From Gemmatimonadaceae bacterium (GTDB taxonomy: Bacteria > Gemmatimonadota > Gemmatimonadetes > Gemmatimonadales > Gemmatimonadaceae), in contig JBBDYA010000089.1 of NCBI GenBank assembly GCA_040902005.1, positions 1 to 20,530 on the forward strand: 20,530 nt of DNA. The letters are read 5' to 3'. The notes under the pieces are model-generated. The model was not told where the DNA came from and did not search any database. It saw nothing but the letters and a program-made list of their open reading frames with translations. Numbering within the stretch: the stretch's first letter is position 1; the number at the start of each line of letters is the position of its first letter. The position numbers were made by a program, and so were the translations under genes. Below are positions 14,660 to 20,530 of the stretch, piece after piece.

Positions 14660-17329
14660 CTACTCCGACCGCAGCACATCCGAAGGAGGCAGTCGCAGCG
14701 CGCGGGCGACTGGAACGGCAACGGCGATGACCGCCACGGCGAGCAGCACCAGCGACGTCTGCCCCAGAACGACCGGATCGCGCGGCGACGTCTCGTACAG
14801 CACGTCCCCCATCCAGCGGCTGGCCAGCAGCGATCCGACCGACCCCAGCACCAGCCCGACCACGACCGCCGCGAGTCCCGACCCGGCGACGGTGCGCATG
14901 ATGTGCGCGGCACGCGCGCCGAGCGCCATCCGCACGCCGATCTCGCGCATCCGCAGCGTCATGGTGAAGGCAACGACGCCGTAGAGTCCCACCGCCGCGA
15001 TCACGAGCGCCACCATCGCGAACCCGCCGAACAGCGACGCCCCAAGCCGCCACGGCCGGAACTCGTTCGCCACCAGATCGCTGGCGCGAGACACATTCAC
15101 CGCCGGCAGGTCGCTCGCGACGCTCTGCACCGTCGTTCGCAGCTGCGCGAGGTGCGGACGCGAATCGCCGCGCGTACGGATCAACAGCGATCCGGGCGCA
15201 CCCTGCGCGGTCTGCGCGAGCGGCAGGTACACCGTCATCTGATCACGCATTAGCGCGCGGAGCTTCCACGTGCCGCCAAGTATGCCTACCACGCGATGGC
15301 ACTCGCGCGTCTCGTACAGGAAGATGCACTGGCCAAGCGCATTCCCTCCCGGGAACAGCTTGCGCGCCATGTTGGTGTTCAGGATGACGACGAGCGGCGC
15401 GCCCGCACGGTCCGCGTCGGTGAAGTCGCGTCCTGTGAATGTTGCCGCTCCGACAGTCTCGAAGAAGCCGGCGCCGACGGACGACACGAATCCGCTCCCT
15501 CCCGCGCCCGCCCACAGCTCCTCCTCCGTCCGCTCGGCGGTGAAGGGCCCGACGCCGCTGCCGGACTGGAATGGATACGCGCTCGCGATGGCCGCGCGCT
15601 CCACGACGGGCAGTTGCTGTACGCGTGCCATCGCCTCGTCGTACAGGACCTGCAACTCGGCGTTGGTGCGCAGGCCACGCGCCACGTTGAAGCTCACCTG
15701 CACCGTGCGATCCATGTCCACGCCGAGATCCAGCGCGAGCACGCGCGACAGGCTCTTCGCGAAGAGGCCGGCGCTGAAGAGGAGCGCAACGCAGAGCGCC
15801 GACTGCACCGTCACCAGGGAGTGACGCACCCATCGTCCGCCGCGGCGACTGTCTGCCGCGCGCGGCATGAGCGCCGAGACCAGGCGACCGGGGCGCACCT
15901 GGGAGAGCGACACGGCTGCGACAAACAGCAGTGTGATCGCCCCACCGACGCCGATGAACGCCAGCATGCGCGCGTCGAACATGTCGGCGGGGAGCGGCAC
16001 CTCGGCCTCGATGAACGCGCGCATCGCGCGACGAATCAGGTAGTCAACGAGGATTGCGGCGGTCATCCCGGGGATCGCGATGGCGACGATGTCCGCGAGC
16101 AGGTGCCGGCGCAGCTGCCAGTGGCTCGCTCCCAGTGAGAGCCGCACCGCGTATTCGCGTCCGCGGGCGACGTTCCGCGCGATCATGAGGTTCGCGATGT
16201 TCGCGCACGCGATGAGCAGCACGACTGATGCGACCGCAGCGAGCCAGAGCGACACCTTCACCTCGCGCGACTGCTGGTCGCCGCGGCTGGCCACGAGGGG
16301 CGACGTAATGATGCCCGTCGGCACGTCTTCACCGCGGTCGTACTCCATCGCGCTCAGGAGCGCGCTGGCGCGATCCTGCACGGACGCCGCGGTGACGGAC
16401 GGCGGGAGACGTCCGGCCGCCTGGAGCCAGAAGGATCCACTATTCGTCTTCCAGTCACGGAACATGTATCCGCCGGCCGCCTCGTCCATCGGCAGCCAGA
16501 CATCCGCCGCATCATCCTGGAGCGCCGTGAAGTCCCCTGGAGCGATTCCCGCCACCGTGTAACTGCTCGACCCTATCACGACCGACGAGCCGATCACCTG
16601 CGGGTCGCCGCCGAACTGCCGGTTCCAAAGCCCCTCGGAGATCACGACGCGGTTCGCGCCCACGGTGTCGCCGGGCGCCATGCCGAAGAACGTTCCCTGC
16701 ACCGGGCGCACGCCGAGCATCCGGAAGAAGCCGGGGGTCACGATCATGGCGCTGACTTCCTGTGCCTCGGCGCCGCGCCCCAGCGAGACCTTCGCATCAT
16801 TGTATCCCGCGACCGATTCGAAGACGCCGCTGCGCGCCAGATCCTCGTACGCGGGATAGTTCGCCGCGTACCAGGCGCCGGAAGTGTTCTCTCCGCGTTT
16901 GGCGTCCTCGCTGGTGAACTGCACGCGGACGACCCGTTCCGGCGCAGCGACGTGCGCGGGTGGGCGGAACAGCAGCGCGTCGATGAGCCCGAACATCGCC
17001 GCGTTCACACCGATGCCGATGGCGAGCGTCGCGACGGCGACCACGCTGAATCCCGGATACCGGAGCAGCGTGCGTCCCGCGAGGCGCAGCTCCCGCGCCC
17101 AGCTCTCCACCCAGGCGAGACTGCGACCGTCGCGCATCGACTCGCGGTGCGACTCGGCGCCACCGAAGTCGACGGCGGCGCGCCGGCGCGCCTCCTCGGG
17201 AGACGATCCTTCACGGATGTGCTTTTCCATTGCCATCTCCATGTGGAACCGGAACTCGGCGTCCATCCTGGACTCCGCGTCGCGGCGGACCAGCAGCCGC
17301 AGCCGGGCCAGCAGCGCGTGGCCGTTCAT
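14660..17329 (-). CDS. ADOP-type duplicated MacB/FtsX-family ABC permease with N-terminal permease-prefix domain
   Basis: Prefix MDAEFRFHMEM..EEARRRA..DFGG.E...E. ELRLAGRTLLRYPGF..ATLAIGIG, LLIACANIANL, REYAVRLSLGAS, REIGVRMALGA. ATG 17329 overlaps the PadR TGA (ATGA), so the ORF-track start at 17461 is too long. Confidence 0.92.
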   Translation of the reverse strand: MNGHALLARLRLLVRRDAESRMDAEFRFHMEMAMEKHIREGSSPEEARRRAAVDFGGAESHRESMRDGRSLAWVESWARELRLAGRTLLRYPGFSVVAVATLAIGIGVNAAMFGLIDALLFRPPAHVAAPERVVRVQFTSEDAKRGENTSGAWYAANYPAYEDLARSGVFESVAGYNDAKVSLGRGAEAQEVSAMIVTPGFFRMLGVRPVQGTFFGMAPGDTVGANRVVISEGLWNRQFGGDPQVIGSSVVIGSSSYTVAGIAPGDFTALQDDAADVWLPMDEAAGGYMFRDWKTNSGSFWLQAAGRLPPSVTAASVQDRASALLSAMEYDRGEDVPTGIITSPLVASRGDQQSREVKVSLWLAAVASVVLLIACANIANLMIARNVARGREYAVRLSLGASHWQLRRHLLADIVAIAIPGMTAAILVDYLIRRAMRAFIEAEVPLPADMFDARMLAFIGVGGAITLLFVAAVSLSQVRPGRLVSALMPRAADSRRGGRWVRHSLVTVQSALCVALLFSAGLFAKSLSRVLALDLGVDMDRTVQVSFNVARGLRTNAELQVLYDEAMARVQQLPVVERAAIASAYPFQSGSGVGPFTAERTEEELWAGAGGSGFVSSVGAGFFETVGAATFTGRDFTDADRAGAPLVVILNTNMARKLFPGGNALGQCIFLYETRECHRVVGILGGTWKLRALMRDQMTVYLPLAQTAQGAPGSLLIRTRGDSRPHLAQLRTTVQSVASDLPAVNVSRASDLVANEFRPWRLGASLFGGFAMVALVIAAVGLYGVVAFTMTLRMREIGVRMALGARAAHIMRTVAGSGLAAVVVGLVLGSVGSLLASRWMGDVLYETSPRDPVVLGQTSLVLLAVAVIAVAVPVARALRLPPSDVLRSE

Positions 17330-17661
17330 GATGTGCGCAGCACGGATTCGAGGCCGGCGGCGAAGCGTCGCCAGGACTCGATCTCCTGGCCCAGGGCTCG
17401 GCGACCGGCCGCGGTGAGGCGGTAGTAGCGGGCCTGGCGGTTGTTGTCGGTGGTGCCCCACTCACTCGTGATGAGGCCGTCCGTCTCGAGTCGCTGGAGG
17501 GCCGGATAGAGGGAGCCCTGATTGACGTCGAGTGAGCCGTTGGAGATCTGCTCGAGGCGTTGGCTGATACCCCATCCGTGCATCGGGCTCAGTGAGAGCG
17601 TCTTGAGCACGAGGAGGTCGAGGGATCCCCGGAGAGCATCGGTGGCGGTACGCGCGGGCAT
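17326..17661 (-). CDS. PadR-family transcriptional regulator (acidobacterial type associated with ADOP permeases)
   Basis: LRGSLDLLVLKTL, PMHGWGISQR, QGSLYPALQRLE, W.TT.NNRQARYYRLT..G; GGAGGAG RBS. Confidence 0.93.
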   Translation of the reverse strand: MPARTATDALRGSLDLLVLKTLSLSPMHGWGISQRLEQISNGSLDVNQGSLYPALQRLETDGLITSEWGTTDNNRQARYYRLTAAGRRALGQEIESWRRFAAGLESVLRTS

Positions 17662-17670
17662 GCGGTTCTC

Positions 17671-17718
17671 CTCCAGCGGTCTGGAGAAGATTCACCCGCC
17701 TTCTCTAGCTGTCAAGAG
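17671..17718 (-). promoter_or_regulatory. Sigma70-type promoter of padR overlapped by two palindromic operators
   Basis: Minus-strand TTGACA (17710-17715), 17-bp spacer, then AATCTT (17687-17692). Palindromes CTCCAG-CGGT-CTGGAG (17671-17686) and CTCTAG-CTGT-CAAGAG (17703-17718). Confidence 0.7.
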
Positions 17719-17811
17719 GAATGTAGGAGCGCGAAATCCGCCTGGTAGCTTGCGTCGACAGCGATGGAAAGGCGTCAGGGAACGCTGTCCTCAAGCGGCC
17801 AATAGAGTATC

Positions 17812-17848
17812 AGAAAATGGAAAGGCCCAGGCAATGCCTGAGCCCTCC
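17812..17848 (-). terminator. Rho-independent terminator downstream of nrdJ
   Basis: Minus-strand RNA GGAGGGCUCAGGC-AUU-GCCUGGGCCUUUC forms a 13-bp stem whose mismatches are G-U pairs only on this strand. It is followed by CAUUUUCU and lies about 20 nt after the nrdJ stop. Confidence 0.7.
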
Positions 17849-17869
17849 AGTGTCGCGAGCTGGATCAGC

Positions 17870-20422
17870 TTAGCCGCATTCACTAAATCCACACACGTGA
17901 CACTTCACGCACCCCTCAGCATACTCCAGCTGTGACCCGCAATCGGGACACGTGCCCATGAAGCTCTCCGCGGAGTCGTGCCGGCCCATCATCTCCCCCT
18001 GCTCCCCGCCCTGACCCATCGGACGCACCATCACCGGCTTCGCCGCAGGCGGCTCGTCCGCGCTCGGCGCGCCAGGCGCGCGGAACTCCGACGTATTGAA
18101 CACCTCCTGCTGCACCCCCTGCACCTTGTCACGCCACCAGTCGTCCAGCGCGATGCCGATCGCGTCCGGCACGCTCAGCACCTTGTTCGGGCCCAGTCCC
18201 ACTGCGCGATCGCTCGAGATCCCGCGCAGCTGCTTGTGGATCGACTGCAATGGGATGCCAGACCGGAGCGCCAGCGAGATCAGCCGACCCATCGCCTCCG
18301 CGTCCGCCATCGCTGAACCGCCCGCCTTCCCCAGCGTCACGAACACCTCGAAGGGCTGTCCCTTGTCGTCCTCGTTCACCGTCACGAACATCACGCCCAG
18401 CGGCGTCTCCTTCTTGTACGTCGTGCCCTTCAGCCTGTCGCTGCGCGCGCGCTTCTGGCGCCTGTTGGTATTCTCGGTCTCCACGTCGATCACGCGCTGC
18501 TTCAGCGCCTCGACCTCGGCCTCCTTCTCCGCCAGCGTCCCCACCAGCTCGGCGAGGCGCTCGCGCTGTAACCTGTTCTCGGCCGCGCCTTCGGCACGGG
18601 CCGGTTCCCGGTTCTCGACACGCTTCTTCGCCGCTTCCTCTGTCTTGCCTGTCGAGAGCACCTGGTTGTCGCGGCTGCCGTCACGGTACACGGTCACGCC
18701 CTTGCACTTCAGCTCGTACGCCAGCTCGTAGATCGCGCGCACGTCGTCCATCGACGCCGCGTGCGAGAAGTTCGTCGTCTTGCTGATCGCCGAGTCACAG
18801 TGCTCCTGGAAGGCGGCCTGCATCCGGATGTGCCACTCGGGCGCGATCTCATTTGCTGTCGCAAATACGCGCTGCCACTTTGATGGGACTTCGGGATGCT
18901 TTGCTGAACCATCTTTGGCGATCCGCTCCATCAGCTCTTCGCTGTACCAGCCTTCCCTTTTCGCGATCGCCACGAAGTCCTCGTTCACGTCGGGCATCAT
19001 CACCCCCGCCTGGTTGCGCATGAACGCAACGGCAAACAGCGGCTCCAGTCCCGACGAGCACCCCGCGATGATCGAGATCGTTCCCGTGGGCGCCACCGTC
19101 GTCACGTTGCAGTTGCGCAGCTTCTGCTTGGCACGAATGCGATTGCCCTCGGCGTCGCGCGCGGCGGTCTTGTCCGGCCCCCAGATGCTCTGCTCCCACT
19201 CGGCGAACGGCCCACGCGACTTGGCCAGACGCTCGCTCTCCTTCTTGCTCTCCACGTCAACGAACTGCATCACCTTGCGGCCGAAGTCCACACCCTCTGC
19301 CGTGTCATACGCGATGCCCAGGCGCACGAGCGCATCCGCAAAGCCCATCACGCCAAGCCCGATGCGCCGGATGCGCGTCGACAGGTCCGTGATCGCCTCG
19401 AGCGGGTACTTGTTGACGTCGATGATGTTGTCGAGAAAGTGCGTGGTGAGGCGGATGTCGCGCCGGAAGGAATCCCAATCCAGCGCGCCGTCCTTCACGT
19501 AATGCCCAACGTTGATGGAGCCCAGGTTGCACACGTCGTACGCCAGCAGCGGCTGCTCACCGCACGGGTTGGTGGCTTCGTACGCCCCCAGGTGCGGCAC
19601 CGGGTTGTACCGGTTGGCTTCGTCCACATAGAACACGCCGGGCTCGCCGGTGCGCCAGGCGCCGAGGATCATCTTGTCCCAGACCAGGTTCGCGTCCAGC
19701 TGGCCGGTGACCTTGCCGTTACTCGGATCGATCAGGTCGTACGACGTCTTGTTCTTCAGCGCGGTCATGAACTTGTCCGTGATGGCCACGGAGATGTTGA
19801 AGTTCGTGATCTGCGTGAGGTCTTCCTTGCAGGTGATGAAGTCCAGGACATCCGGGTGATCCACGCGCAGGATCCCCATGTTCGCGCCGCGGCGCGTGCC
19901 GCCCTGCTTCACCGCGTCGGTGGACGCATCGTACAGCTTCATGAACGACACCGGGCCGCTGGCGACGCCGGTGGTGGATCGCACCATGGAGCCCGTGGGC
20001 CGCAATGAGGAAAAGCTGAACCCCGTGCCCCCACCGCTCTGGTGGATGAGCGCCATGTGCGCCAGCGTGTCGTAGATGCCGTCCTTGCCGTTGGACAGCG
20101 CGTCCGTCACCGGCAACACGAAGCACGCCGAGAGCTGGCCCAGCGGGCGGCCGGCGTTCATGAGCGTGGGGCTGTTCGGGATGAACCGCCGCTGCGTCAT
20201 CAGGAAGTAGAACTGTTCCGCGACCTCGTTCACCGCCCCCGCCGACGCGCCGTACTTGCCGTCCGCCTCCGCCACCACCGTCGCCACGCGCCAGAAGAGA
20301 TCCTCCGGCTGCTCCACCGGTTGCCCCTTCTCGTTCTTCACGAGGTACCGCTTGCCAAGAACGGTTCGCGCGTTCTGGGAAAGCGTTACGGGACCGGCAG
20401 GTGGGTTCAGGGGGTGGGTCAT
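17870..20422 (-). CDS. nrdJ: Class II (adenosylcobalamin-dependent) ribonucleotide reductase with C-terminal TSCPD/zinc-ribbon region
   Basis: [46 protein letters not shown] (thiyl radical Cys), [35 protein letters not shown]. Ends [20 protein letters not shown], without the terminal Tyr pair of class I. AGGAAGGAG RBS. Confidence 0.95.
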   Translation of the reverse strand: MTHPLNPPAGPVTLSQNARTVLGKRYLVKNEKGQPVEQPEDLFWRVATVVAEADGKYGASAGAVNEVAEQFYFLMTQRRFIPNSPTLMNAGRPLGQLSACFVLPVTDALSNGKDGIYDTLAHMALIHQSGGGTGFSFSSLRPTGSMVRSTTGVASGPVSFMKLYDASTDAVKQGGTRRGANMGILRVDHPDVLDFITCKEDLTQITNFNISVAITDKFMTALKNKTSYDLIDPSNGKVTGQLDANLVWDKMILGAWRTGEPGVFYVDEANRYNPVPHLGAYEATNPCGEQPLLAYDVCNLGSINVGHYVKDGALDWDSFRRDIRLTTHFLDNIIDVNKYPLEAITDLSTRIRRIGLGVMGFADALVRLGIAYDTAEGVDFGRKVMQFVDVESKKESERLAKSRGPFAEWEQSIWGPDKTAARDAEGNRIRAKQKLRNCNVTTVAPTGTISIIAGCSSGLEPLFAVAFMRNQAGVMMPDVNEDFVAIAKREGWYSEELMERIAKDGSAKHPEVPSKWQRVFATANEIAPEWHIRMQAAFQEHCDSAISKTTNFSHAASMDDVRAIYELAYELKCKGVTVYRDGSRDNQVLSTGKTEEAAKKRVENREPARAEGAAENRLQRERLAELVGTLAEKEAEVEALKQRVIDVETENTNRRQKRARSDRLKGTTYKKETPLGVMFVTVNEDDKGQPFEVFVTLGKAGGSAMADAEAMGRLISLALRSGIPLQSIHKQLRGISSDRAVGLGPNKVLSVPDAIGIALDDWWRDKVQGVQQEVFNTSEFRAPGAPSADEPPAAKPVMVRPMGQGGEQGEMMGRHDSAESFMGTCPDCGSQLEYAEGCVKCHVCGFSECG

Positions 20423-20530
20423 GGCGGTGCTCCTTCCTATAGATAAATGGCTCGTCCAACCCGATCTCGCGCGTGGAGTACAGTGTTGGTGGGCGCGGAT
20501 GATATCCCTACTCGTGATTCCGCGCCAGAC

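Noticed and set aside
250..20446. Many long alternative-frame and antisense ORFs (e.g. 4029-5555 -, 13243-14583 +, 1339-2460 -, 9319-10158 -, 19719-20459 -)
   Set aside because: They are Arg/Ala/Pro-rich shadow ORFs expected in high-GC DNA, overlap genes with clear family motifs, and have no motifs of their own.
20423..20530. NrdR box or cobalamin riboswitch upstream of nrdJ
   Set aside because: No convincing match in the 108 bp available; such elements could lie beyond the window edge.

Overview
GC-rich bacterial chromosomal window. The gene content (PadR + ADOP orphan permeases, Ig-like/cupredoxin lipoprotein, several serine hydrolases) suggests Gemmatimonadota or Acidobacteriota; this is inference. 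Left to right: a beta-lactamase-fold serine hydrolase (-); an Ig-like-repeat lipoprotein with a C-terminal type-1 copper domain (+); a 118-bp IS5-like MITE between CTAG duplicates that supply the stop codons of two convergent genes; a DUF3830-like protein (-); a histidine kinase/OmpR-family regulator pair (+); a signal-peptide SAM methyltransferase frameshifted at a C21 tract, coupled to an APC permease (+); a second serine hydrolase and a small membrane protein (-); a membrane-anchored protein with 13 exact 10-residue repeats (+). Next is the most interesting locus, a coupled minus-strand operon behind an AT-rich leader with a perfect palindrome. It encodes a 69-aa secreted six-cysteine (C-C-CC-C-C) peptide, a beta-propeller lipoprotein, a CxxC thioredoxin-like lipoprotein and an ATPase-less MacB/FtsX (ADOP) permease. 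The window ends with a PadR-ADOP permease pair with twin palindromic operators and a class II B12-dependent ribonucleotide reductase (nrdJ). Family assignments come from motif recognition by eye; no database search was run.
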